IMG/VR virus record: IMGVR_UViG_3300042888_000268
Source: an uncultured virus (IMG/VR IMGVR_UViG_3300042888_000268)
Taxonomy: Duplodnaviria > Heunggongvirae > Uroviricota > Caudoviricetes
DNA: 64,000 bases
Strand: one strand, 5' to 3'
This document shows positions 11,314-21,406 of the stretch, piece after piece. Position numbers and translations under genes: made by a program. The stretch's first letter is position 1; each line of letters opens with the position of its first letter. The notes under the pieces were generated by a model. That model did not search any database, was not told the origin of the DNA, and was given only the letters and a program-made list of their open reading frames with translations.

Positions 11314-12525
11314 TTAGATTGAGCTAACCACCACTCTATAAGTATCAGCTACAGGTGTACCAGCAAATGTTAATGTAACAACAGACGTAGATGTTTTAGC
11401 AACATCACAGAATACTTCGTTATTTGTAGAATCATAAACAGCTACAATTACATCTGTAGTACCTAAGTTGTGTGTTACTGTTTGAGCTCCAGCTGCTGCA
11501 ACTACAACGTTAGCTGCATATTTATAAGTAGCTAAGTTTGTTTTTAACTTTAATGGAGTAACAATTGTGATATCATCAGTACCTGTGTTAGTCTCAGTCT
11601 GAGTAGCAATTTCTGCAATACCCGTTCTTGTTTCTGTAGCAGTACGAGCAGATAATGTAGCAGGAGTGATAGCTTTTACAGAATCAGTTCCTGTTTGTAC
11701 TTCAGCAGATGTTGCTAAGTAAACAAGACCTAAAACAGTTGTAGTGGCTTGATCACGGTTAACCTCTAAAGATGTCCAGTTAGCTGCAAATACACTTGTT
11801 GAAGCAGTATTAACTATTGCAATCAACATATCACCTACGTTAAAAGCAACACCACTTACTGTACCAGCAACTGATACATACCAGTAGTCACCTTTTTTAG
11901 TACCAACCACTGGAGTAGAACCTACTGGGAAAGAACCAGAAGAAGCATCCCATCCACCTTCTAAGTTACCTAAAGCTCCCACTTGAGCATCAACATAAGT
12001 TTTAACTGCAGTGGATGTAGGAATGTTAGCATTAGAAGCTGTAGCTAATGTACCATCAGTAATAACACTAACCTCAGCTGCGTTAGCAGTACCTCCAGTT
12101 ACGTTACCAATAACAGTCATTGTAGCAAGCTGTTGTAACTTAGCAAAGGTCACTGCATTAGCATTGATCTTTACAGTGGTCACTGCAGAGTCAGCTAATT
12201 TAGCTGTTGATACTCCTAAATCTTTAATTCTTAAAGTGTCAGAACTAATTTCAATAGTAACATTATCAACGTTTACATCAAGAGTGATTACATCACCATT
12301 ACCTGATGTTGAGGCAGTAAGACCTGCTCCACCAAGTACATCTTGAATGTCTCCTGACATGTCAATCCACGATGTGCCATCCCAGAAGTAAACTCTGGCA
12401 TCAGCTGTGTTATAATAAATTTGTCCTACAACTGGTGAGGACGGGGCCGTAGCCAAGTTTTGTAAGGCTACGTTTAGTATCTGGTTTTTACTAAAGTCCA
12501 GACTGGTAAGAACTTTTTTAGACAT
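11314..12525 (-). CDS. Virion tail/fibre-associated protein
   Basis: 403 aa. APSSPVVGQIYYNT, ATxxExxxGTD repeats, C-terminal VTHNLGTTDVIV; located in the tail block. Confidence 0.7.
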   Translation of the reverse strand: MSKKVLTSLDFSKNQILNVALQNLATAPSSPVVGQIYYNTADARVYFWDGTSWIDMSGDIQDVLGGAGLTASTSGNGDVITLDVNVDNVTIEISSDTLRIKDLGVSTAKLADSAVTTVKINANAVTFAKLQQLATMTVIGNVTGGTANAAEVSVITDGTLATASNANIPTSTAVKTYVDAQVGALGNLEGGWDASSGSFPVGSTPVVGTKKGDYWYVSVAGTVSGVAFNVGDMLIAIVNTASTSVFAANWTSLEVNRDQATTTVLGLVYLATSAEVQTGTDSVKAITPATLSARTATETRTGIAEIATQTETNTGTDDITIVTPLKLKTNLATYKYAANVVVAAAGAQTVTHNLGTTDVIVAVYDSTNNEVFCDVAKTSTSVVTLTFAGTPVADTYRVVVSSI

Positions 12526-12540
12526 GATATTTTATTTTAA

Positions 12541-13068
12541 TTAATTTAAGAAGGCTTTGCCGCTAAACGAAGCTGAAAAGTTTAAGGTTAAAGAATTGAC
12601 ACCGTTATACACCACCTCTCCTATTATTTCAGAGCTAGCGGTATCAACGATGGTTACAGAGGGATATTTATTTAAATTATGATTTATTGTCCAAGATGAA
12701 GCTGGTGTAGATTGATCATGGATATAAGCAAAATTAAAGTTATCTGATATAAATGTATTATCTCTGTAAGTTAGTTTTACATTTCTATTAGTAGTTGTAC
12801 TAGTAATATCAATGTCAAGAACTGATCTATTATAAGATTCTGCTATTGATGCATATTGAGCATCTGTTAAACCTATTGGTTTAAAAGCATTACCATCCCA
12901 TACATAAAAAATAGTAACATCTTTATCATATACTATCAACCCCTTATCATTACTATTTAATGTTGATGCTAATGTTGTACGTTCTGTAGTAGATACGGGA
13001 TGTAACTTAGCATTAAGAATCTGGTTCTTATTAAAATCATAGTCAACATATATTTTCTGTATTGCCAT
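12541..13068 (-). CDS. Tail-associated structural protein
   Basis: 175 aa. C-terminal YIHDQSTPASSWTINHNLNKYPSV domain paralogous to the C-terminus of 13068-13667. Confidence 0.65.
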   Translation of the reverse strand: MAIQKIYVDYDFNKNQILNAKLHPVSTTERTTLASTLNSNDKGLIVYDKDVTIFYVWDGNAFKPIGLTDAQYASIAESYNRSVLDIDITSTTTNRNVKLTYRDNTFISDNFNFAYIHDQSTPASSWTINHNLNKYPSVTIVDTASSEIIGEVVYNGVNSLTLNFSASFSGKAFLN

Positions 13069-13667
13069 TATGATAAATATGCTTTACCTGCTACAGGTTG
13101 ATTAAACGTAATTTTTAAAATATTGGTGTCAACATATTCAACCACACCTTGTATGTCAATTCCTGAAGCATCTTCTGTAAATACACTTGGTTTGAAACCC
13201 ATTCTATGATCAACTGTCCATACTAAAGCAGGAGCAGTTTGTGTATAAACATAAGACATGTTATTATTTATAGTGATAGCTGGACTAAGATTAATTCTTG
13301 TAACTGCTCCATTAGCATTTACTTGTATAACACTAGTATCCGGTGCACCACTAACTTGGTAGTTAATAGCTAATCTTTGTGGACCAATGTTTTCATTAGT
13401 CATATAGTATCCTTGTCCACCATGTAAATATAAATTATGATCATACTCTACAGGTAACCAAGTTTGATGTTGTAAATTAGAAGTTGTTAAAGCACCTGCA
13501 TCATCAAAAGCTTGCCAGTCTGTTAACTCCTTTCTCATAAAAGTTAAGTCAGATTCTAACTCTGCTTTACAAGAAGTAATACCATATCTAACCTCTCTGA
13601 ACTTTCTGTAAACAGAATCAGCATAGTTTATGGTATGTTTTGCTTTATGAAATAAGAAGTTCTTCAT
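13068..13667 (-). CDS. Tail-associated structural protein
   Basis: 199 aa. C-terminal YTQTAPALVWTVDHRMGFKPSV domain; TAATG coupling to the next gene. Confidence 0.65.
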   Translation of the reverse strand: MKNFLFHKAKHTINYADSVYRKFREVRYGITSCKAELESDLTFMRKELTDWQAFDDAGALTTSNLQHQTWLPVEYDHNLYLHGGQGYYMTNENIGPQRLAINYQVSGAPDTSVIQVNANGAVTRINLSPAITINNNMSYVYTQTAPALVWTVDHRMGFKPSVFTEDASGIDIQGVVEYVDTNILKITFNQPVAGKAYLS

Positions 13668-13680
13668 CTATCTTTTTTAC

Positions 13681-13875
13681 TTAAGAGTTAAATTGTTCAT
13701 CCATTGTTAAATTAGTTTGTATCTCTCCATTCTGTTGAATGTTTAAAGTCCTAAGAGCTGTTAGATTCTGCTCATAAGATATAATACAACTACCGCAAAC
13801 TTTTTTTCCATCAGTGGCTATCCTGTCTTGACATCCGCAGGTAATTTGAGAGCCACAATTAGTACATGTTCTCAT
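13681..13875 (-). CDS. Small Cys-rich (Zn-binding) protein
   Basis: CTNC..CGC..CGSC pattern; in operon. Confidence 0.65.
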   Translation of the reverse strand: MRTCTNCGSQITCGCQDRIATDGKKVCGSCIISYEQNLTALRTLNIQQNGEIQTNLTMDEQFNS

Positions 13876-13901
13876 ATATTTTGGTTTTTATAAATGCAAA
13901 G

Positions 13902-14456
13902 TTAAGTGTAGCAAGCCATTGTACTCACTAATTTACTTAATCTTTTTTTAGCATAGCTAAATAACTCCATACCAGCTTCAGGCTCATGGGCATATTCCAC
14001 CTTACCTCTTGCTGCTTCTATGAAGCTTTTTATCATCCTTAGTTCAGCTAGTTTTTCTTTGATCTCAGGTTCTGGATCACAAGCTGCTAATTCTAAAGAA
14101 GCTAAAATATTATAATACTGATTCATGGTTTGAGCAGTCCTTAAATGGTTATACTCAACAAATACAGAAGAGTTAGGTGACACTGAATAGTTGATCACAT
14201 AAATACCATCTGGAATATTCTGAAAGTTTTCTCCACAAAATGATCTTTGTAGCCCTAAACTACATGCAGAAAGGACTAAATTAAAGCTTGGTAGAGTTTC
14301 TATAGACACTGGCAAGTTAAAGCCAGGTGAGGTTATACGTAAAGTACCACAGTCAATAGTCATACCCTCAGCATAAATACTGGTATCAAATACACGGAAA
14401 ACCTTGATATTGTTAGATTCTGGCAGCTCTAAACTTAACTGGTGTTTGGTAGCCAT
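13902..14456 (-). CDS. Putative tail/neck structural protein
   Basis: 184 aa in the structural operon. Function inferred from position only. Confidence 0.5.
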   Translation of the reverse strand: MATKHQLSLELPESNNIKVFRVFDTSIYAEGMTIDCGTLRITSPGFNLPVSIETLPSFNLVLSACSLGLQRSFCGENFQNIPDGIYVINYSVSPNSSVFVEYNHLRTAQTMNQYYNILASLELAACDPEPEIKEKLAELRMIKSFIEAARGKVEYAHEPEAGMELFSYAKKRLSKLVSTMACYT

Positions 14457-14544
14457 ATGTGTAAACTTTATAAATTTGCATTAATTGAAAGAGAGTAGTC
14501 CTCATAAATAATATAAGATAATTTACGGACTTTTCCAAAAACAA

Positions 14545-14576
14545 AAAGGGAGGAGTACCTAAGTACCCTCCCTTCA
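14545..14576 (-). terminator. Intrinsic terminator after 14595-15950
   Basis: Hairpin AAGGGAGG..TAC/GTA..CCTCCCTT followed by a T-run on the minus strand. Confidence 0.75.
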
Positions 14577-14594
14577 AGTTTTAGGATATTTCTA

Positions 14595-15950
14595 CTATAC
14601 AGTCTCTAAAGATACTGTATTACCAGCAGCAGTTGCACTAGATGCAATGAAGTTAGTAATTGAAGTAGTTGCTGTACCAGCTGGTACGTGAACCACGATC
14701 AAATACTGATCATTGTCAAAAGTAGAACTAGGGTTGTTAAATCTAGGAACATTGTGTAAAATTAACACCTGATCGTATAAACCAGCCTTATTTACAGTGT
14801 TCAAAGCTGGATCAGCTTCAATCTCACGCATTCTTAAGCTATCTACACGAGAGCTATCAGGATATGCATTTTGTAAATAACGACCATCTAAGATCAATTC
14901 ACGTAAAACTGTTTCACCAAGACCAGAAGCTTGCTTAGGAGCTTGGATCTCTGCAGATACAAAACCGTTTACAGCACAAGGATCACCAGACTCTTCTACG
15001 AAAGAAGTGTAGATAAACAATGGCTCTAAGTCATATTTATCAGTAGGAGTGAAAGTACAAGCACCAAACTTAGTTTCAACGTAAGCAGCAGAAATTGCTA
15101 AATGAGAGTCAATAGCAGCAATGTCATTAGCTACAGTGATTGCAGTGTAAGTATCAGTTGCAATCTCACTATAGATCTTAGCATTACCGTTTGTAGAAGC
15201 TACAGCAGCAACAGAAAGAACCACGTTTGCATTACCTGAACTAGCTGAATCAGCAGCACCAACAGATACTACGATTGAGTTAGGAGCTAAAGAAGCATGA
15301 ACTACTTTTTCACCAACTTGGAAAGAAGTACGGTCAGCATTTGCTATAACAATAGTTGCAGAAGCAGCAGTTGGGTCAATAGCTACAGAAGCTGTAGTTA
15401 AATTCCAAACCTTAGCTTGAACAAATTCTTTTAACAAAAGAGACTCGTTAACTTGGTCTTTCCACTTAAGTAAAACTACGTTTTGGTCTACTGTGTTAGC
15501 AGTACCAGCTACAGTTGAACAACCTGTGAATCCATCTAAAGTGTCATAAAGGTTACGGCTTACAAAACGTAAAGCAGGAGAACCTTTAACATCTAGACGT
15601 AGACGGTAAGTATTGTCACTGTAAAGTGTAGCTGCAGAAGGATCTACAGATACGATTTGATTTTGAGCAACATCAGATGTCACTTTAATCAAACGACTAA
15701 TGTACTTAGGGTTAATCACTTTAGACTTAACTGACTCTTTGTAACCACCGTGTACGGGGCCAATTTTGTCAGCAGCAAAGTAACTACCTTGAGCCAAAAT
15801 AAAAGGTGCAGCTTGAGCAGAAACTACTTGGTAAGACTTGGCATCAAAGAAACCAATCTGTCCAGCAGTCAAAGCATCAGTTCCACCAGTGGTTGCTAGC
15901 GTTGTGCTAGCAGGCAAGAATGACTTGCGGAATGCATTAGGAAAATACAT
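14595..15950 (-). CDS. crAss-like structural protein (auxiliary capsid-like)
   Basis: 451 aa. MYFPNAFRKSF..HGGYKESVKSKVINPKY..HNVPRFNNPSSTFDND; codon usage like the capsid gene; own terminator. Confidence 0.65.
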   Translation of the reverse strand: MYFPNAFRKSFLPASTTLATTGGTDALTAGQIGFFDAKSYQVVSAQAAPFILAQGSYFAADKIGPVHGGYKESVKSKVINPKYISRLIKVTSDVAQNQIVSVDPSAATLYSDNTYRLRLDVKGSPALRFVSRNLYDTLDGFTGCSTVAGTANTVDQNVVLLKWKDQVNESLLLKEFVQAKVWNLTTASVAIDPTAASATIVIANADRTSFQVGEKVVHASLAPNSIVVSVGAADSASSGNANVVLSVAAVASTNGNAKIYSEIATDTYTAITVANDIAAIDSHLAISAAYVETKFGACTFTPTDKYDLEPLFIYTSFVEESGDPCAVNGFVSAEIQAPKQASGLGETVLRELILDGRYLQNAYPDSSRVDSLRMREIEADPALNTVNKAGLYDQVLILHNVPRFNNPSSTFDNDQYLIVVHVPAGTATTSITNFIASSATAAGNTVSLETV

Positions 15951-15990
15951 AGGGCTTTAATTTAAGGGTTTATAAATAAAAAAATTGTTT

Positions 15991-16404
15991 TTAACTTAGG
16001 AACATTAACTTATACTTGGTTGAAGCAATCAAACTCTTCACCTCATCAAGTTGGTTTACAACTTCTGAAAAAGGCATAATCTTTTGTAGCTCATTAACTT
16101 CTGTATATAGTTCTTTCATGTGAGATATTGCTTCCTGTACAGATCCACATTTATATGGACTCACTGCCGGGAAATCTAGAAGCTTCTCACGAGCTCCTTG
16201 GTATTGTTCAGCTACAGCATCTACTAAACCTGGCATTCCATCATAAAACTCATTTAGAGCCTTATGTGCCGAGAAAGATCCAGGTCCTGTCACCTTTAGA
16301 TGTAACTGATGCACACTCGTTGTAAGAGCCTGAGAATGAGCAATCATTGCAGCTGTTTCTGTACATGGTCCCATAGGACTAGGTCTTTGTAGTTTCTGCA
16401 TCAT
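15991..16404 (-). CDS. Ferritin/Dps-like four-helix protein
   Basis: HQLHL..SFSAHKALNEFYD..LVDAVAEQYQG..STKYKL, the ferritin-like His/Asp/Glu pattern seen in phage Dps-like proteins. Confidence 0.75.
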   Translation of the reverse strand: MMQKLQRPSPMGPCTETAAMIAHSQALTTSVHQLHLKVTGPGSFSAHKALNEFYDGMPGLVDAVAEQYQGAREKLLDFPAVSPYKCGSVQEAISHMKELYTEVNELQKIMPFSEVVNQLDEVKSLIASTKYKLMFLS

Positions 16405-17105
16405 TAGCTATTTCTTTGTGCGTTTTGTAAGTTTCTCTGATACTGAATTGTACTATCCATGTCTCCAGCTAATATTGATACAGCGTCATCTATAATAATT
16501 TCTACGATATCATCTTTTAATTCACAAGTCTGGTTAGCTTTAAAGGCTAATCCATTAGCTGGATCTATACAGTTTAGTATTTGAACAGCTCTTGGTTTTC
16601 TATAATAGGTGAGAGTGGCGTCTTCTACAGCAAATTTATTATCACTGTAAATTCTGATCTTATCTCCCATTATTGTACAAAAAGTCTCAGCCCATTCAAA
16701 AGAAGGTGACTTATGAGTATCAGATAACATAATATCTACGTTAGCTTCTTCAGCTTGGTAAATAGATAATGGACGCTTAGGACAACAATCTGAACTAGCA
16801 TATCCACCAACTCTTACAAAGTGTAAGTAGTCATCTGGTATTTTTAAAGATTCAAAGAACAAGTCTAAATTCTTAAGTTTTAAGTCTCTTTGAACTAATA
16901 AAACTTGTAAATCATCAATAGTAGTAATACTTTGTTCAGGCTGCATTCTTGACCCATTGTTACCATGTAACTGTCTACGGGCCCATTCTATCTGAGCTTT
17001 ATTAAAAGCTTCTGATATCTGCCAGCATTCTATGTTATCATAGTCCATAGAATCTAACTTATTCAAACGCTGCTTAAACTTTATTTGTAATGTACTATTG
17101 TTCAT
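16404..17105 (-). CDS. Tail tubular/ring (head-tail connector) protein, crAss-like
   Basis: 233 aa. RLNKLDSMDYDNI..FNKAQ..TYYRKP..IIIDDAVSILAGD; position downstream of the capsid genes. Confidence 0.65.
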   Translation of the reverse strand: MNNSTLQIKFKQRLNKLDSMDYDNIECWQISEAFNKAQIEWARRQLHGNNGSRMQPEQSITTIDDLQVLLVQRDLKLKNLDLFFESLKIPDDYLHFVRVGGYASSDCCPKRPLSIYQAEEANVDIMLSDTHKSPSFEWAETFCTIMGDKIRIYSDNKFAVEDATLTYYRKPRAVQILNCIDPANGLAFKANQTCELKDDIVEIIIDDAVSILAGDMDSTIQYQRNLQNAQRNS

Positions 17106-17118
17106 ATTTTATAAAGAG

Positions 17119-17152
17119 ACCTGGGAGCTGATCTTACGGTAAGCACCCAGGT
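17119..17152 (-). terminator. Stem-loop between 17160-18176 and 16404-17105
   Basis: ACCTGGG...CCCAGGT inverted repeat directly after the stop codon. Confidence 0.5.
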
Positions 17153-17159
17153 ACTATTT

Positions 17160-18176
17160 TTACTGATTCCAGTATCCTTCTACTTTCTTAGTAATATTTA
17201 CTAAGATTTCTTCATTCAAAGGATTCTTTAAATATTCTACCACATCTGAAGGGGTTCTACCCATCATTGTTGTTGTTTCCATGTGGTAAATAAATCCGTC
17301 AGCTTTTGTAGCAATGAACTTATAATAACCACTATCTTTTACAATAGCTCTTATTTTTAAAGTTTCCATATCAAGATTGCTTATCTCTAAGAATCTCTCA
17401 GCGGTCTTTTTCTTATTCTTGTCTACTAAGTCTCCATTAATATACTTGTCCATGTTGTCATAAACAATATCATTAGGAGTTGACTTTTTATACTGAGCAC
17501 TATTGGCATCTAACACTTTAGCAATGTAGAATAACTTATTAGTGTTCTTGTCAAATAACTTCTGAAGTTCTGATAAAGCCTTGTTTCTCAACTTCTTAAC
17601 CTCAGTGTTAAGTGTAGCAGTTTCTTCTAATCTATCTAAATAGAACTTAGGAGGCACTGGCATTCTACGAGCTTCATCTAAAGACTTGGCTACTATTGAA
17701 AACCCTCCTGATTCTATAGCGTAAAGCTTAATTAAATCATAAGGATCTTTATCAGGCTCTAAGTATACAGGTTCATTACCACATCTTATTTTAATCTTAT
17801 CCCAAAACTGATCGTTATCTGGTTTAAGTAATTTTAACTTATTCCAGAAATGCTCATCTTTAGGATCTACTACGTTTGAAGCTAACTCCTTTTCAAGTTG
17901 AGCTATCACTGCACGGATCTGTTTGATCTTAGCTTCTTGATCTTCCATTGGTAAATCTTTAATCTCAGGAGCATACTCATTAAGACCTGTAAGGTATCTT
18001 TTAATACCATTGATCTCTAAACAAGCAACTTGTTCCTCGTGGAACGCTCCGTCAAAAAGACTTAATCCGTACTTTTGAAGTCCCATGTTATCAACATTGG
18101 AATCAAAATAAGGTCTAATAGCTATAGTAGATCTTTTGTTTTGTGGATACTTTTCCACCATTGTTACACTACTCAT
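17160..18176 (-). CDS. Conserved crAss-like protein downstream of MCP (putative structural)
   Basis: 338 aa, immediately after the major capsid gene as in crAss-like head modules. Confidence 0.6.
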   Translation of the reverse strand: MSSVTMVEKYPQNKRSTIAIRPYFDSNVDNMGLQKYGLSLFDGAFHEEQVACLEINGIKRYLTGLNEYAPEIKDLPMEDQEAKIKQIRAVIAQLEKELASNVVDPKDEHFWNKLKLLKPDNDQFWDKIKIRCGNEPVYLEPDKDPYDLIKLYAIESGGFSIVAKSLDEARRMPVPPKFYLDRLEETATLNTEVKKLRNKALSELQKLFDKNTNKLFYIAKVLDANSAQYKKSTPNDIVYDNMDKYINGDLVDKNKKKTAERFLEISNLDMETLKIRAIVKDSGYYKFIATKADGFIYHMETTTMMGRTPSDVVEYLKNPLNEEILVNITKKVEGYWNQ

Positions 18177-18322
18177 ATTTGGTTTTTTGGTTTTTATACA
18201 TGGTCCGAAGACCTAATGTTAGAACCTGTTGAAGGTTGCAAGCCTTCTAGTGATCAGCTAGTTGCGTACAACAGGTTGGGTTTTCTTAGAATACTATTCT
18301 AAGGGAGGGTATAGATACAAGA

Positions 18323-18347
18323 GCCTGGGAGATTTTACCTCCCAGGA
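18323..18347 (-). terminator. Stem-loop after major capsid gene
   Basis: CCTGGGAG..CTCCCAGG perfect 8-bp stem just after the MCP stop. Confidence 0.6.
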
Positions 18348-18360
18348 TTGTAAATATTAT

Positions 18361-19980
18361 TTAGAATGATCCGCCAGTAACTGGATTTCTCATAACGATC
18401 TTTAACACCTTAGTTGGATCTTTAACCCAAATAGCAGGCATTGTTTGTGTCATGAATACACGGTAACCGTTGAACTGTCCAGAAGACTGGAAGCCTTGAG
18501 TACGACCCATGTAATCCATTGTACCGTTTTGATAGAACCATTTCAATTGATTATCCCAGCTTAACTTCAATAAGTAAATATTGTCGTTAGTATTCTCTGT
18601 GATGTCAAAGATAATGAAATTATATGAACTTAATGGGAAACCATCAATAATTGGATTCTCAATGTCATTAGTGTGGATGTTATCAAACGCTGGGTTCAAT
18701 ACAAACTTAACGTTAGCCAAGAAAGGAATAACGTATTGAGTGTAAGCAAAACCAAAGTTTAAGTCCATTCCTTTGCCAGTGATAGCACCAACTTCAGAAG
18801 CATTGATTACTAAACCACTATTGATAGCTTCACGCTTAATAGCTTCGTTAACCAATTTCATACCACCAAGACCTGTTTGAACAACCAATTGACGCTTAGG
18901 ATCTGGACCTTGAAACTCAACCTTACCATTAAAGAAGTTGAAAATTTCAGATTTGAACAAATCTAAGTTAAAGCTACCCTTGTTGTAAATACGCTTGTAA
19001 GAGTTATCTAACTGCTTCCAAAGACCTACAGACAATCTGATATCATCTGGACCATCTTGCTTAACTTTACCACCTTGACCCCACATAAGGTAAGTCTCAA
19101 TGTCGTTAGCAACCTTGCTCAAATGAGCTGCTTCCATTGTGGTTAAGAATGTACGAGTTAACTGACCAGATTGGTAAGCTTTCTTTACATAATCTTTTCC
19201 CATTTTGTTAGCCATGTCCTCTAAGTTTGTAACAGAAGGATCAACACTCTTATCAAAGTTTCTCCACATCTCAATTACAGGAACTGTACCATCAGCTTTC
19301 ATACCACCTTTCATCATTAAGTCAGCTCTAGAGCTTACAGAATAGTGAACGTGAGCTTCAGCACCACCAACGTAGTTGTAGAATTCACGGAAACCTGCAT
19401 TGATGTTACCGATGTCAGAGAATCTTTCACCGTACTCACCACGTGCAGAACCTTTACGGAAAACTTTAGTACCAACCTTTAAATACTTGTTATCCAAGTA
19501 CTTAGCGTTGTCATTGTTTACCAATTGTACTGTGTAAATGAAACCGTCACCAGCTGGGATGATATCGTCAGCAGTGATGTACATTTCCACACCATTGTAT
19601 TTGTCATAAGTGATGATATCACCATGACCAAAAGAACGCTTATTCAATTTAATTTTGAAGGCTTGACCATCAATACCTTTAGTGGCATTAGCTGATTCAA
19701 TATCTTCTGTAATGTAAGGTAGATCCTGCGTTACTGGAATCTGCCATTTGTACTCACCACGAGCGTTATCTACAGAGATAACGTTCTTACCACCGAAGCT
19801 AGACATCTGGTACAAAGGCATTTCTACTTTTTGTGCCATAGCCCACAAATCTACAGGACCTAAGTCTGTAGGTTCAGCTGACTTCAGTAAGTTTGAAAGG
19901 TGATACGAATCTACGTGTGAACTTGTTGTGTAGGTAGTATCACGTAGAAATATACCATTGTTCAAAACTGGAGTTGCCAT
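18361..19980 (-). CDS. Major capsid protein, crAss-like
   Basis: 539 aa, strongly biased codons, terminase-portal-acidic protein-MCP synteny, C-terminal MPAIWVKDPTKVLKIVMRNP. Confidence 0.88.
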   Translation of the reverse strand: MATPVLNNGIFLRDTTYTTSSHVDSYHLSNLLKSAEPTDLGPVDLWAMAQKVEMPLYQMSSFGGKNVISVDNARGEYKWQIPVTQDLPYITEDIESANATKGIDGQAFKIKLNKRSFGHGDIITYDKYNGVEMYITADDIIPAGDGFIYTVQLVNNDNAKYLDNKYLKVGTKVFRKGSARGEYGERFSDIGNINAGFREFYNYVGGAEAHVHYSVSSRADLMMKGGMKADGTVPVIEMWRNFDKSVDPSVTNLEDMANKMGKDYVKKAYQSGQLTRTFLTTMEAAHLSKVANDIETYLMWGQGGKVKQDGPDDIRLSVGLWKQLDNSYKRIYNKGSFNLDLFKSEIFNFFNGKVEFQGPDPKRQLVVQTGLGGMKLVNEAIKREAINSGLVINASEVGAITGKGMDLNFGFAYTQYVIPFLANVKFVLNPAFDNIHTNDIENPIIDGFPLSSYNFIIFDITENTNDNIYLLKLSWDNQLKWFYQNGTMDYMGRTQGFQSSGQFNGYRVFMTQTMPAIWVKDPTKVLKIVMRNPVTGGSF

Positions 19981-20024
19981 AAGGCTTTTAATTTAAGGGT
20001 TAGAAATTATAAGAATATTAATTA

Positions 20025-21296
20025 TTATCTTTTAAATATATTTGTAGGTCTAGCTAACTTTTTAGATCTAGGCTCGTCATCTTCTTGATGAGTACTACTA
20101 TTCTTTCTAGATTGTTCAGTCTTTAAAGTACGAACTGTTTGTTCAACAGCTTGATTCTTACCTTGTTTAACTAGATTCTGACGATATGTTTCTGGATCAG
20201 AAAGCAACCAAAGGGCCTCAGCTATTAAAGGATAGTTTGGTTCAACAAACTGATACTTCTCTAACAAATGTCCTAACTGATTAGTAGGTCTACCACTAAT
20301 AGAAGGATATTGAGGTTGTACAAGACCACTATATAACTGAGCTTGTGTTTTCTTATCTAACTTAAGACCGTTAATTTCTGATGGTCTCAAAGCTTCAAAC
20401 ACATTTTTCATATAAGCCTCAGCAGCATGTTCTTGTTGCTGCTTTCTAGATTCTTGGTCAGCAATCTGAGATTGAACAATCTCTTCTTGCATTTGATCTA
20501 ATTTAGGTTTATACTGTTTAGCTTTTTTCTCTAGAGTTCCTAAATCTTTAATAGTAGATAACTCATCTTCAATATCTTCAGAAGATTCTCCTCTTGCTTG
20601 TAAATATTGACGAACAATATGCTCTTGATCAGTTTCTTTAGCAGGGTCTAATTCACGAACTTGTTCAACTGCTGATAATGCTTGGAACATTCCTTTTAAG
20701 TCTGTACCACCATCCATTACATATTTAGCAGCATATTGAAGTTCTTCTGGCAAAGATTCAAAGAATTCTTTTGGAGTTTTAGCTGCCACCTCAGACTTCA
20801 TATTGTCTACGTTAGCTTGCCATAACTCCTCTATATCTTTCTCTCCAAGTGTACCTAAGTACTCTTCAAGATCTTGTTTAGTTTCATCATAGTCATCAAA
20901 GGCAAACATCTCCTTTGACTCTATACGTTTTTTAAGGAACCCTACTAATCCAGACTTATCTGTTTTAGGTCGGCCAGCTTTTCCTTTAGTCTCTTCATCC
21001 TCTTCAAGATCAAGATTATCTATAAGGTGGTTTGTCTCTTCCTTACTAATTACTTTTGGAGTCTTATCTTTCTCATCATCTTTAGAAGAATCATCTTCAT
21101 CATCTTCTTTATCTAAGAAACTAAGATCCTGTTTTTCTTTACTAAAGATATTAGGTTTAAGCTCTGTAGTTTCACCAGTAGGATTTCCCGTTGAAGGGGT
21201 AACTATACTGTCTGCTCCAGGAGCTCCTAACCAGCTATCAATGTCAAGGTCTACTTGTTGTACAGATGTCTGTACATTGTTCTGATTATCAATCAT
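20025..21296 (-). CDS. Acidic coiled-coil protein, putative scaffold
   Basis: 423 aa, D/E-rich, lies between portal and MCP. Confidence 0.65.
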   Translation of the reverse strand: MIDNQNNVQTSVQQVDLDIDSWLGAPGADSIVTPSTGNPTGETTELKPNIFSKEKQDLSFLDKEDDEDDSSKDDEKDKTPKVISKEETNHLIDNLDLEEDEETKGKAGRPKTDKSGLVGFLKKRIESKEMFAFDDYDETKQDLEEYLGTLGEKDIEELWQANVDNMKSEVAAKTPKEFFESLPEELQYAAKYVMDGGTDLKGMFQALSAVEQVRELDPAKETDQEHIVRQYLQARGESSEDIEDELSTIKDLGTLEKKAKQYKPKLDQMQEEIVQSQIADQESRKQQQEHAAEAYMKNVFEALRPSEINGLKLDKKTQAQLYSGLVQPQYPSISGRPTNQLGHLLEKYQFVEPNYPLIAEALWLLSDPETYRQNLVKQGKNQAVEQTVRTLKTEQSRKNSSTHQEDDEPRSKKLARPTNIFKR

Positions 21297-21406
21297 TTTA
21301 TTTGGTTTTTATTGTGTATCTCTACATTAAAAATATACAACTTAAATCTTAGAAATTTACAATTTTTAAGAAATAATAGTCTAAGGTCTGGATAATAGAG
21401 CTATAA

